Assembly (NCBI RefSeq): GCF_006345805.1
Contig: NC_042997.1
Coordinates: 147,002,001-147,066,000, forward strand
Reading direction: 5' to 3'
Length of the DNA stretch: 64,000 bases
DNA from: Octopus sinensis
Taxonomy: Eukaryota
Each line of letters starts with the position of its first letter. Within the stretch, counting starts at the first letter, position 1. Of the stretch, positions 39,399 through 51,563 are shown piece after piece. The notes beneath the pieces were generated by a model. It was not told the origin of the DNA, did no database searches, and was given only the letters and a program-made list of their open reading frames with translations. The translations under genes and the position numbers were made by a program.

Positions 39399-39500
39399 AT
39401 ATTTTACTATAAAATTGGATTTAACCCTAAATCTGATTTTTCCCTGTAATTTTGGATTCATTCCCTAATATTTATTATTGTTATATATATATAATATATA

Positions 39501-39552
<52 letters not shown>

Positions 39553-39578
39553 GCTCACAAGACAGACACACACACAAA

Positions 39579-39795
39579 CGAAGAGGTGTTGCAAAGTTCC
39601 TGGCTTTGGGTAAAAGAAATACAGGAGGATCAGTCAATTATGATTTTATTCAACATATTTCCCTCTCAGACTCACACACTTATTGCAGCGGTCCTTCAGT
39701 TTTCTATGCCCTCAAAAAAAGAAATCGGAAGATTGGGCCTCTAACCAGGCTTTTTGCGACACCCTCAAAGCCAAGAACTTTTCAGCACCCCCTCG
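39579..39795 (-). mobile_element. Mariner-derived MITE, same family as 8347-8548 in the opposite orientation
   Basis: TIRs cgaagaggtgttgcaaagttcctggcttt / aaagccaagaacttttcagcaccccctcg. The interior is the reverse complement of the DRCNKCVSLRG.YVE* transposase tail. Confidence 0.85.
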
Positions 39796-39827
39796 TGTAT
39801 ACATACATATATACATACATACACACA

Positions 39828-39863
<36 letters not shown>

Positions 39864-40044
39864 TATAGGTGAAATTGATTAATTTTATTAAATTAATTAT
39901 ATTCCACCCTTTATTGCATATATATATATATATATATCTTTACATTTAAATATATATATTTGCATTTAAATGCTTCAAGATACAGTTTCTAAAAAGAATT
40001 ATGTCACACACACACGCACACGCACGCACGCACACACACACACA

Positions 40045-40102
<58 letters not shown>

Positions 40103-40320
40103 AAATACACATATAACAAAAACAACGAAAATGAACAACAACGTAAGATATTTCAAGACTACCATAAAAAGAAGTTGGTCACAGGCACAGCTTTAGAAAT
40201 AAAAGTCCTTCGTCTTGCGCTACATAAAGTAATATTAAATGCAAAAATGACCAAAGTGAAAGTAATGTCTGTAACTCAAGGATCGTCACATTAGAATACG
40301 CCAGTTTATATATATATATC

Positions 40321-40376
<56 letters not shown>

Positions 40377-40378
<2 letters not shown>

Positions 40379-43252
40379 CTTTGATACTTTGATAGGTTTC
40401 GGCCATTATTGGCCCAGGCCATGTCTAACTTAATAGCACCACCTGGTGAAGTCTTTCAAGTCAGAATTTGGGCACTATGGCCCACTCAAGTAGAGAGTTA
40501 TTGTTTACAGAGACATATCCGGGTGTAGGGGGTTTATATCCGGGATTTCTTGAAGGAATCTGTCCAAAGACTTCTTGAACCCTATAGGGTCAGTTTCTGT
40601 TTTAATGTGTTTTGGTGTAATGTTAAAGAGAGCGGGGCCAATTGACGTGAAATAATTGTGCCGTATTGTTGTTATGAGATGAGAGTGCGATTTTTGTTTG
40701 GGCGGATGGCACGGGGCCCAAGCCTTGGATGTACCTTAAAGGTGATGCCAACATCATTGGGCAATGCTGATGGAATATTTTCCACATCATGCAGATGATG
40801 TAGCGCTCACGACGACGTTGGAGAGAATAGAGTTTTAGCTTTTCTAGCCGACCCCAATAGTCGAGGCCTGTCATGCCATCTATCTTTTTTGTGATTGCCC
40901 TTTGAGGTGCTTCAACTTTTATGATACCTTGTATTGTGTGGGGAGACCACAGTGGACAACAGTATTCAAGGTGGGGTCGGGCAAAAGTGGAGAAGAGAAG
41001 GATAATGGTGTGGATATCTCTCGACTGGAAAGTTCTGAGAATCCAGGAACACATTCTGCGGGCCATGTCAACTTTGGTGTTTATATGAGTGGCCCAGCTT
41101 ACGTTGTTGTCCACAATTACTCCCAAGTCTCTGATGTTGTTGGACGCCGCGAGAGTTTCACCTGAAGGAAGGGAGTATGGGAGTTTCAGGGCATCCTCTT
41201 TTCCAAGTGGATTAGCTCAAATTTATCCTCGTTCAGCAGCATATTGTTTTTTTTCTGCCCATTGGATAACAGCCAGTAGATCTGACTGAAGGCATGTCCG
41301 GTCACTCGCCTCATTTATGACCTTCTGTAGCTTGGAGTCATCTGCAAAGATTTTTATGTTGCTGTGCTTGATGATGTCATTAATGTCATTAATGTAAATG
41401 ATGAAAAGAAGTGGGCCCAGCACAGTGCCTTGCGGAACGCCACTACTGACTTTGGCTGGGCTTGATTTTACCCCTTCAACTACAACATGTTGAGATCTGT
41501 CTGTCAGGAAACACTTAACCCATTTCAGTAACTTTTCAGAGACACCAATGTTGGATAGTTTTTTCAATAGGATCTTGTGATCGACCCTGTCGAAGGCCTT
41601 ACTGAAATCAAGGTAGATGACCATCGGTGTTGGAGCCCTCTCCCAAGCTCTCAAAATGTCCTCAAAGTGATGCAGGAGCTGCGCTAGGCAGTCCCTTCCA
41701 TTACGGAACCCATGTTGGTTGGAGATCAGCCGTCTGTTGCTTTCCAGAAATTGGGTTATTCGAGATCTCACCACCCTCTCAAATACCTTGATGATATGAG
41801 AGGTGAGTGAGATCGGACGGTAATTCACTGCAAGGGACTTGTTTCCCTTTTTGAAAACTGGGACAACAGACTGGGACAGAAGGTTTTTTTGAATATAGCC
41901 AGCATCCAGTGAGTTTCTCCACAGATTAGCAAGGGGAGATGCAAGTTGGTGTCGACACACCTTCAGGACACAAGCAGGGAACCTATCGGGGCCTACTGCT
42001 GAATTGTGTTTTATTTCGTTTATCGCCGCTAAGACATCAGGGGCACTAAACGTTATGTCCGATATAGTGTGTTGGGGGTTGACATCACTGATACAGCCCA
42101 GATCGGCCATATCAGGATTGCTGAAAACAGAGCAGTATTGTTTCTGCAGTATCTCGGCCATGGATTTGGCATTATCTTGGAGAGTGCCAGTTTCGTCAAT
42201 TAGAGGGCCTACAGTGGAGACAGTGACCTGCGTTTCCTCGCAAATGAAAAGAACACTTTGGGGTTGAGTTTGATTTTTTCAATGGCCACTTCTCAGCTGA
42301 TCTTAGGTTATTGATGAGGGTCTTCATGCATTGTGGAGGTTATATTTTTTGGATTCAAGCAGTGCGATAGCCGTCGATGTGTGTGTTGCTGTTGGCAGTA
42401 CTTTAGTTTGTTAATTTTTTTGTTTGTTCTTTTTATTTTTCTGATAATGGTTTTTGTTTTGGGGGGATTCTGCACTTTTGTTCACAGGTCTTGGTGGGGA
42501 GTGTTTTGCACATATGTCTGTGACGGTGTCTACAAAGATCTGCCAAGATGTTTATGGTTGGTGGAGATGTGTGTATGTGTAAAGGACCAGTCAACATTTG
42601 ATAGCTCGTTCCTGATTGCATCCCAGTTGGCTTTATGGAGATCCATGTTGTCAAATGGGTGGGCTGGAGGAAGGTCACTAGGATTAGCTTTCGGCTGGTG
42701 GAATTTCATGTTACAGAGAACCATGTCATGGTCTGAAAGAAGGGTTTTTCCACTGTAACGTTATGTATAGTGTTAGTGTGGTTACTAAACACTAGGTCCA
42801 AAATGTTCTGATGTCTTGTTGTGCAAGGACAAGTTGGGACAAGAAAAAACTCATTCGTAAAGTCGAAAAGTGACTCTGCTGTTCTTTGTCAGCGGTTGAG
42901 GCGGGAGTGCTTGGTTTCAAACAGTTTGTAGTCCAGTCAACACAGGGTAGATTGAAGTCTCCCATCATGAGTATGTTGCTAGAATGGCACTGTTGAATAA
43001 AAGCACTTAATGCTGTTGAGGCATTCTTTAAAGCACAGTATGGGGGTGTTTGGGGCGGCCTATAGAGCCCAATTACTGTCAGGTCATTGGCTTTGTTGTG
43101 CACGGTGACTGATTCACAGTAGCCATTGGAGAATATACTATTTCCATCTGCCGTAAATGAATCATGCAGGAAAATGGCAGTTCCACCCTTCCTCCTGCCG
43201 ATACGATCCGCGCGGATGGTTGTGAAATTCTTCACTCTCACTTCGGCTTCCA
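40377..43252 (-). mobile_element. 5'-truncated CR1-clade LINE (APE endonuclease + RT), decayed
   Basis: Endonuclease motifs RADRIGRRKGG, IGLYRPP, MGDFNLP and SDHDMV. RT motifs NYRPISLTSHIIKVFE, NQHGFR, YLDFSKAFDRVDH, SGVPQGTVLGPLLF and IFADDSK. C-terminal RPHLEYCCPLWSP and YSLQRRRERY. The 3' tail is two copies of the 8-bp unit TATCAAAG (40379-40394), a CR1-type tail. Confidence 0.93.
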
Positions 43253-44189
43253 AATATATATATATGTAGCAGCTTTCTATATTGAGAGAATAGCGTAGGG
43301 AGGCTCTATCAAGAGCGATGCTATATTCCTAAAAAAAAGTGATTTTTATGTGATAACTACAAAAATATCCGACAAAAATAACGTTGAAAGGGAGCTTCGT
43401 GAGTGGACTCACTCGCATATATATGTATATATATATATATATGTGTGTGCGTGTGTATACACACACGCACATGCACACATGCAAACACACACACATACAC
43501 ATATATACACAGATAGACATGCACATGTGTAAATATGTACGTGTGTGTATATGTGTGTTATCTTCTTGAAATTTGAATTCAAAAATGTTCAAAGAAAGGG
43601 CAAAAAAGTACTATATATAAAAATAACTTTCAAAATGTAATTAAAAGAAAACAACAAAACTCTGCAAACAAGCCAATGTATCCCTTAAAAGATAAAATAA
43701 CGATTATTTTTATAACTATATCTTTTTTCAGAAAGCCCACTAGAATTTGTAATTTCAGGGCAAAAGCGAATCAGCTCTTTGATGTTACTTTCTAACACTT
43801 TTAGAAGCCTTTTATTTTTGTAATTATCTGATGTTTTAAGGGAAAACAATTCGCTTTTGTTATTTCATTATTTTCAACCTACTGCTTTATTTTCTCTCAC
43901 TGTTCCTTTCATTTCTCTTTCTACCCGCAAATCGTTTTCTCTTTTATTTTCTCTACTGCTTTTTTCTCCACTTGTAAAGTTTTATTTCCCTTAGAATTTC
44001 AGACAAGTATATCCGTTACTTATTAAAAACACGTTTAAAAGTCCACTTAATTATACCAAAAGAAATATTTCTTTTGTAATTTTCAACGTTGAAAATTCAT
44101 TAAAACAGAAACAGAGGCATCTTCAGTTACATAATGAACGCTTGCTAAAGCTTTGTTTAATATATTTGGTAAGGGATGTTGAAGATGAT

Positions 44190-44740
44190 AGAAATAAAAT
44201 GGAAGGAAAAGGAGAAAAAGAAGACGATAAAGAAAAAAAAGCAAGAAAATGAGAAATGTTAAAAGCTGCATGGAAGAAGAAGAAGAAAAGGAAGAAGTAG
44301 AAAAGAAGAATAACTAAAATAGGAAGACGAGAAAGAAAGAAGAAAAAAGACGAAGGAAAATGAAAAGCAATTAGACAAGTTAGATGCTGAAAAAGAAAAG
44401 GAAGAGAAGGAAGAAGACAACCAGGAAAACGATGAAGAAGAGCTAGAAGAATACTAAAGGGGAAAAGAAGGAAAGAAGAATAAAGACGAAGAAAATGAAG
44501 ACTGGAGACGCAAAAGAATGAAAAGCAGGAAGTAGAAAAAATGGAAGAAGAAAACGGAGAAGCGAAAGAAGCATGAAGAGGAACAGTAAAAAGAAGAAAA
44601 GGACGAAGAGATGAAAAACAAGAAGATGAAGAAGACGAAGAAGAAGAAGAAGAAGATGAGATAGAAGAAGTACAATTGGGAGATAAAGAAAGATAAAGAC
44701 GATGTGTAAGAAGAAGCGTAATGGAGAAGACAAAAATCCG
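44190..44740. repeat. Purine-rich degenerate (GAA)n low-complexity tract
   Basis: About 550 bp with strong A/G strand bias. Confidence 0.85.
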
Positions 44741-44994
44741 TTCAATAGCATTGGGGCTTCAATCAACTCCTCTCAGATAAACAGTATAGAGTGAAGGCAA
44801 TCAGATTTGTCTTGGCAAAACAATAGCATTTTTCTTAGTTCCCTAGGCAACTACTTCAGATGCATATTATAATATTTCGTGCTTATTATTTTGTTCTTCT
44901 AGAGGTTATTCGAAATCAATACGTTCTCCGCATCTTGAAGCACTAATGCAATCAGGTTTTTAAAGAAGAGAAAACACTCAGATACACACACACA

Positions 44995-45095
<101 letters not shown>

Positions 45096-45233
45096 ATATA
45101 TATATAATATATATATAATATATATATATATAATATATATATAATATATATATAATATATTATATATATATAATAATATATATATATATATATAATATAT
45201 ATATAATATATATAATATATATATAATATATAT

Positions 45234-45294
<61 letters not shown>

Positions 45295-46174
45295 GTATAT
45301 ATAGTGTGTGTGTGTATAATTTTTTTCCCCATACGAATTCATGGGATATTTTTATTGTTTCTATCTATTCTGATGGAAATGGGTAACGTTCATTGTAATA
45401 AAAAGAAATGAAAAAAAAATGTGCCAAAATACTGGTTGCATTAACAAGAATTATTAGTTTTCACACGACAGCTAATAATAAGTTTTTGATGCACATCTTA
45501 TCTTTCAGTGACACTGAGCGTGCTTCGCTGACGGTGTCCAAGCAGAACTGAACACAATCTTTTTGTTGAATCAATAAACCAAAGAAAGCTAATGTAGAAT
45601 AAGGAAATTTGCAGGAAACTATGTCCGAGTATGTGAATTTAAATATTGAAATAAATAAGTTGAATATTTTTATAACAACATTCTGGGGGAAGTGCGCTAT
45701 GAAATAAAAATAATAAAAGATTACCAATTTGACAATACTAACGTAACTTGCATTTTGCTTTTGATAGAAGACAATCACAAAATAAAATCGATAACTAATT
45801 TATTAGTATTTGCAAGACATGGAAAGAACGTAGAGGTCTGAGAACGATATACAAGATTTCCTGGTTGTGATTTTTAGTCACTCTAGCACTGTTTCCTTAT
45901 GCCGTAACATCACATCATTGATAACGAAACTTAAGCTAAGTATTATATTTTTGCAATGAGATTCCTTTCCTATTTTTTACAGGAAAAACAACCAGAATTT
46001 CTTCTAGCTTCAAAATCTACTTCTACTTTGTGGCAGAGTATCATTTTTAAAACTATTTTCAGAGCCTTATCAGATGCAGCGCAATTTGGGGAGAGTATAT
46101 ACTCAGTGTGGAAGTTGTCGGAGTCTTCTCCGGTGGCGATTCCTATTTGGTATAAACATACGAGTATATATATA

Positions 46175-46229
<55 letters not shown>

Positions 46230-46233
<4 letters not shown>

Positions 46234-48085
46234 AGAAAGTTGGTTTGTGAAAGCACGTGGTTGAATATATAGAAAATAGTAAAAAGTGAAAAAGGTTTTA
46301 AAAGGTTAAAAAATATATATTTGAGTCAATATGTCTGCAGAATGTTATAAATGTTTTTCAGAGATGACTTAGATATGTTAAACCACCTTCCAAAAAAAGC
46401 CAAGGAAGAAACAATCATGGTTTCATTTGATGTAGTTAACTTATATACCAGTATACCTCATAATTATGGACTAGAGGCAATACAGTTCTGGCTGGACCAA
46501 TTTCCGGAAGAAATACCAAAAAGGATCAGTAAAGTATTCATTACTAAATCAGTTGAATTCATTCTACATAATAACCACTTCATGTTTGACAATACATTTT
46601 ACCGTCAAAAATCCGGAATTGCTATGGGTACAAGGGCAGCACCAGTCATTGCGAACCTAACAATGGGCTACCTGGAAATAATCATTTACCAGGAATCTTT
46701 ATCAAGCTTTGGAAACCCCCTCTCTCAATACATAAAAGAGAATTGGAAACGATTCCTGGACGATTGTTTTATACTCTGGAATGGAAACACAGATAAACTC
46801 CTAAAATTAAAAACCTATTGAACAGCATAAACCCAAATATACAGTTCACAATGGAATACAACCAAAAGGAGTTCCCATTCTTGGATATACTAATTAAAAA
46901 AATTAACCTTAAAATAGAAACAGACATTTTTTACAAAGCCACAGACGCCAAACAATACCTTCTTTTTAATTCATGCCACCCAAGACACAATAAAACAAAC
47001 ATCTTCAACCTTGCAAGAAGGATATGCGCAATAGTGTCAGAACAAAATACCAGGAACTTTAGACTGCAAGAACTCAAAAACACCCTAATTGACAGACATT
47101 ACCCAGCTCAACTCATAGAAATCAACTCATAGACGTGCAACAGAAATCAACATAGAAACTTTAAGAAAAGTTCAACACAACAACACACCTTCCCCGAAAA
47201 TACTACCTTACATATCTACATACAACCCCAGAAACAAAGAAGCCTTCACCATCATCACCCAGAATTTACCAATACTTCATAAGGACCCCAAATTAAAGGA
47301 AATTCTAAACATACACCAAATCATTAAAAGCTACAAACAACCTAAATCACTTAAAAAGATTCTCACAAAGGCAAAATTGTTTTCTGAAATTACGGATGCA
47401 AAAGTAAAAAAAAATGTGGTAGACCGAACTGTGCAACATGTCCAAACCTGCTAGAAGGATCAGAATTCCTCTTCAAAGAGGGACAGAAATTCAAGATCAA
47501 ATCTAATTTTACTTGTGCCTCTGAAAACATAATTTATGTCATAAAATGCTCGGGCTGCACCATAACTACGTGGGGTCCACGGAACTATCACTCAGAAGTA
47601 GATGCACACTGCATCGACAACAGATTGCATTCCCAGAATACAGAATGATACCCTTTAGTGAGCACATTGAGAAATGCGCAAAGCAACTACTACCACAATT
47701 TCTAATCTTTCCATTCTACCAATGTGCCATCGGAACACCAACACAAATTAGACTAAACAAGGAAACATTCTTCATTGAAAAATACAAGCCCAAACATTCC
47801 ATCATACTTATACAGAGAAACTTAGTCCAAAAGAAAGGCAAATAATTTTAAGCGATTATCTCCCTTACACCGGAAGAAATCACTTATTACCTGATCTCCG
47901 CTCAATGTAAACATAACGATTTAAGAAATTTGAAAAGCTGAACGCGAAACCGGTTATTTCTTCTAAATTATGTCATTGTATGAAAAATTTATAACATTCT
48001 TCAGACATATTGACTCAAATATATATTTTTTAACCTTTTAAAACAAGCCTTATGTAGTTTTTTCACTTTTTACTATTTTCCATAT
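46230..48085 (+). mobile_element. Penelope-like element (RT + GIY-YIG endonuclease), 5'-truncated, with an inverted copy of its 3' end at the 5' side
   Basis: RT motifs SFDVVNLYTSIPH, YRQKSGIAMGTRAAP, WKRFLDDCFILW, FTME..FPFLDILI and YLLFNSCHP. Endonuclease motifs CGRPNCATC, FTCASENIIYVIKC..C and NYVGST..LRSR..LHRQ. 46266-46358 is the reverse complement of about 47982-48085. Confidence 0.93.
47923..47962 (+). ncRNA. Minimal type-I hammerhead ribozyme motif (U3-A8 core variant) in the Penelope 3' region
   Basis: Stem I AAGAAAU/AUUUCUU, core UUGAAAA, stem II GC-ugaac-GC, then GAAAC-cg-GU-U. Predicted cleavage is after 47955. Confidence 0.72.
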
Positions 48086-48095
48086 ATATTATATA

Positions 48096-48143
<48 letters not shown>

Positions 48144-48211
48144 TTATATATATAGTATATATATATATTATATATATATATATATATATAATATATATAT
48201 ATATATATGGA

Positions 48212-48291
48212 AACTTAGCGGTTCGACAAAAGAGACCGATGGAATAAGTACTAGGCTTACAAAGAATGACCCCAGTACTCATTCTTATATA

Positions 48292-48333
<42 letters not shown>

Positions 48334-48456
48334 TATATATATATATATAATATATATACACATATATATATAAGAATGAGTACTGGGGTCATTCTTTGTA
48401 AGCCTAGTACTTATTCCATCGGTCTCTTTATATATATATATATTATATATATATTA

Positions 48457-48488
<32 letters not shown>

Positions 48489-48750
48489 AGAATGAGTACT
48501 GGGGTCATTCTTTGTAAGCCTAGTACTTATTCATCGGTCTCTTTTGTCGAACCGCTAAGTTACGGGGACGTAAACACATCACCATCAGTGGGGGGACAAA
48601 CACACACACTCTCACATATACGACCGGCTTCTTTCAGTTTCTGTCTACCAAATTCATTCACAAGGCTTTGGTTGGCCTTAGGCTATTGTAGAAGACACTT
48701 GCCCGGAAGCCGGAAGCAAGCTACTTACCATACAGCCACTCTTGCGCCAA
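48212..48750. repeat. SINE family B fragment present three times (one inverted, two direct) around (TA)n
   Basis: 48212-48286 is the reverse complement of 48372-48430 and of the start of 48488-48750. Confidence 0.9.
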
Positions 48751-48890
48751 TATATATATATATAGTCAGTTTCTGGATATAGTGTCTTCCTTAGGGATTG
48801 TAAAATCCAGAGATCAACTGGCGTTATCAATGATATATTGGGAGAATTATCTCAATATACAGGGATAAACAGTCTAATATACACTTATTA

Positions 48891-49569
48891 CTATAAGAAA
48901 ACGGAGAAAAAATATTGTGGATGATTATTTTATTTTGTATCACAATAAGAACAAAACAAATAGTTTAATACAAATAAAATTTAATTGAATACACATTAAC
49001 ATAAAATAAGCATAAAATTATCATTTACGAGAATATATAGACGGTAAGGGGTTGTGAGGGACATTATGTAATTCGGGTAATGATTACATGTCCCTCAAGA
49101 CACATAACCGCCTATTTTTCAAATCCACAATAGCTTTCTAGAAAGTTTTGATTAGGTAATACCTTCCCATGTTACACCCTTAGCATCCCCTCTTACTTTT
49201 TTTTTAGCAATCTAATGTTTACATTATGTAGATACTTAACATATGAATATGTAGTCCTTATCTATCTTATCTAGTAAGATTTTTACCACCAACTTGAATT
49301 CCTGGGAAAAAAATGCATAAGCATTAGCCTTTCGCACGAGTGGTCACTTGGTTGTTATTTTTTACATCTAAAACTCTTAACATGGTTCGAACCCTCCGAA
49401 GCTCTGTTTACATAGTAACCAGATTGAAACATGTGTAGGCACTTTCTATGCTTATTTTATGTTAATCTATGTTCATTTGAATTTTATTTGTGTTAAACTA
49501 TTTGCAATGTTCTTATTGTGATACAAATAAAATATGTATCGACAATATTTTTTCTCCGTTTTCTTATAG
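48891..49569. mobile_element. Non-autonomous DNA element with about 125-bp TIRs, TA-flanked; superfamily unresolved
   Basis: TA|ctataagaaaacggagaaaaaatattgt... pairs with ...acaatattttttctccgttttcttatag|TA. No coding interior. Confidence 0.8.
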
Positions 49570-49591
49570 TAATATATATATATATATATAA

Positions 49592-49905
49592 AGGGTAAAG
49601 ACCCCCTTCGGTCATGAATGACCATGGGATTGCACCTAGAAAGTTACCCTCCTAGACACAAGTCCGGGCAAGGTTGTTTATGGAAGACCAGCAGTCGCCC
49701 ATGCATACCAGCCTCCCCTCTCCACGCCACCAGTGTTATCCAAGGGAAAGGCAAAGGCCGATACAGCTTGGCACCAGTGACGTCGCAACTCATTTCTACA
49801 GCTGAGTGAACTGGAGCAACGTGAAATAAAGTGCTTTGCTCAAGAACACAACACGCAGCCCGGTCCGGGATTCGAGCTCACAACCTCACGATCGTAAGCT
49901 CGACG

Positions 49906-49906
<1 letters not shown>
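49592..49906 (-). mobile_element. SINE family C, near full length
   Basis: The minus strand starts with tRNA-like gcgtcgagcttacgatcgtgaggttgtgagctcgaatcccgg and ends catgaccgaagggggtctttaccc. Confidence 0.9.
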
Positions 49907-49959
<53 letters not shown>

Positions 49960-50179
49960 AATATGTATGTATGTATACATGCATGTATGTATGTGTGCGT
50001 GTTTGTGTGAGTGTGTATGTATGGATATAATATATAATATATATTGTATATATATTTTACTTTTAGATCGTTACAAGCATTTGGTGTTTTGTTCCTCTTC
50101 TGTGTATGTACACCCCAACATGTCTGTTTGTAATTGATTGCGTTAAATGTATTTTATATGTGGCGTTCCTGCAACTATT

Positions 50180-50676
50180 AAAATATTATTATTATTGAGT
50201 GAGAGAGCAACGCATGCCATGAAAGCGATATAGAGGTACAAATGTACGAAGCCCAGTATACCTTTTGTGATTGCCCGTTTGATAAGGGTACACCAGGCAC
50301 CTGCATCACAACCATATGTGAGCAACATGGTAATCTCATATCAAGATAAACAGTCCATGACCTTGCAGGTGGAGCCCAGTTAGAATTTTCTGCAGGTTGA
50401 GTAGCCCATCCCACTCAAAAGGTCCCTGAGTAAGGTTTGTTTAAGGATGATGAACTAAACACCCATGTTTCCAGAGGTGAATTATTCAAACCCCAAAGAA
50501 TTCTTCTCAACACATGACTATGATGCTCGTGATCAGAGATGCACATATTGTCAGCCACTAAGGGACATGCTCAACTGGTTAAGGTCAAGGAAGTGACAAG
50601 CAACTATGTGGTATTGCGCGGAATATTTACTGTAGCCTATCTTTTATATTAAGACAAAATAGTATACATGATAACA
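50180..50676 (-). repeat. Unclassified interspersed repeat ending in (TAA)n on the minus strand
   Basis: A GC-richer block ending ctctctcactcaataataataat. I recall it as a common octopus repeat; not verified. Confidence 0.45.
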
Positions 50677-50770
50677 CTTCCTGCCGAGTGTCTTCCCAGC
50701 ACCTAGAGCAAAGAAATTCACTTATACACTGGTAGGTCATTAAAATAAACACATCAGATTGTTCATTTAC
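50677..50770 (-). mobile_element. Isolated 3' UTR fragment of the R4/Dong family
   Basis: cttcctgccgagtgtcttcccagcacctagagcaaagaaattcacttatacactggtaggtcattaaa is similar to 3952-4040. Confidence 0.8.
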
Positions 50771-51325
50771 AAAGTCATGTGATAGAATGAAAAAAAGGGA
50801 GACAGAAGAAAGAAGGAGGAAAAAACTGAAAGCAAAGAATATAAGAGGGAAACGGTTAGAAATTCACAGTGACGGTGACGAACTGGCGAAATTATTACCG
50901 CAGCGGAAGTAATTGCTCAGCAGCATATCTCTCGTTTTTATGTTGAATTCAAATGCCGCCAGGGCCGACTCTGTTCTTTTTTCCTTTCACAGTCGATAAA
51001 ATAAGTACCTGTTCACCAGCAATTGCTGGCTTTGTGCCAAAATTTGAAATTATTTTTGTCACTATTTTCCGATTGATTTACCTTTCATTTCATCTTCCGA
51101 CTGGGTCTCAACCAGACACATAAGTCACGTACATATTAGATGGAAAGAAACTTCCTGAGAAGGTGGGTAGTTGATGTCAACACAATTTTTTGTGTCTCGT
51201 AGATTGATGTTTTCCTAGGGATCTGATAAAAAAATCTTCTTCTTCTTCTTCTTCTTCTTCTTCTTCTTCTTTTCTTCTTCTTCTTCTTCTTCTTCTCTTC
51301 TTCTTCTTCTTCTTCTTCTTCTTAA

Positions 51326-51505
51326 GGCGGCGAGCTGGCAGAGTCGTTAGCGCATCGCTACGTTTTGAGTTCAAATTCCGCCGAAGTCGACTTTACCTTT
51401 CATCTTTTCGGAGTCGATAAAATAAGTACCAATTGTACACATGGGTCGATGTAATCGACTCTTCCCCTTCCTCCAAATTGCTGCTCTTATGGCAAAATTT
51501 GAAAC

Positions 51506-51506
<1 letters not shown>
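51326..51506 (+). mobile_element. SINE family A copy between (TTC)n and (ATT)n tracts
   Basis: ggcggcgagctggcagagtcgttagc head, gagttcaaattcc B-box-like motif and aaatttgaaacc(att)n tail. Confidence 0.9.

Positions 51507-51563
<57 letters not shown>

Noticed and set aside
45990-46170. Possible exon after tttttacag or ttttcag acceptors
   Set aside because: All three frames are open for about 90 nt with no recognisable protein and only a weak donor, so it cannot be supported.
48886-48905. Assignment of the long-TIR element to CACTA/En-Spm
   Set aside because: Both termini read TACTA rather than CACTA and no 3-bp TSD is present, so it is left unclassified.
50340-50440. HDV-like ribozyme in the unclassified repeat
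   Set aside because: I could draw nested stems but not the P1/P2/P3/P1.1 double pseudoknot.
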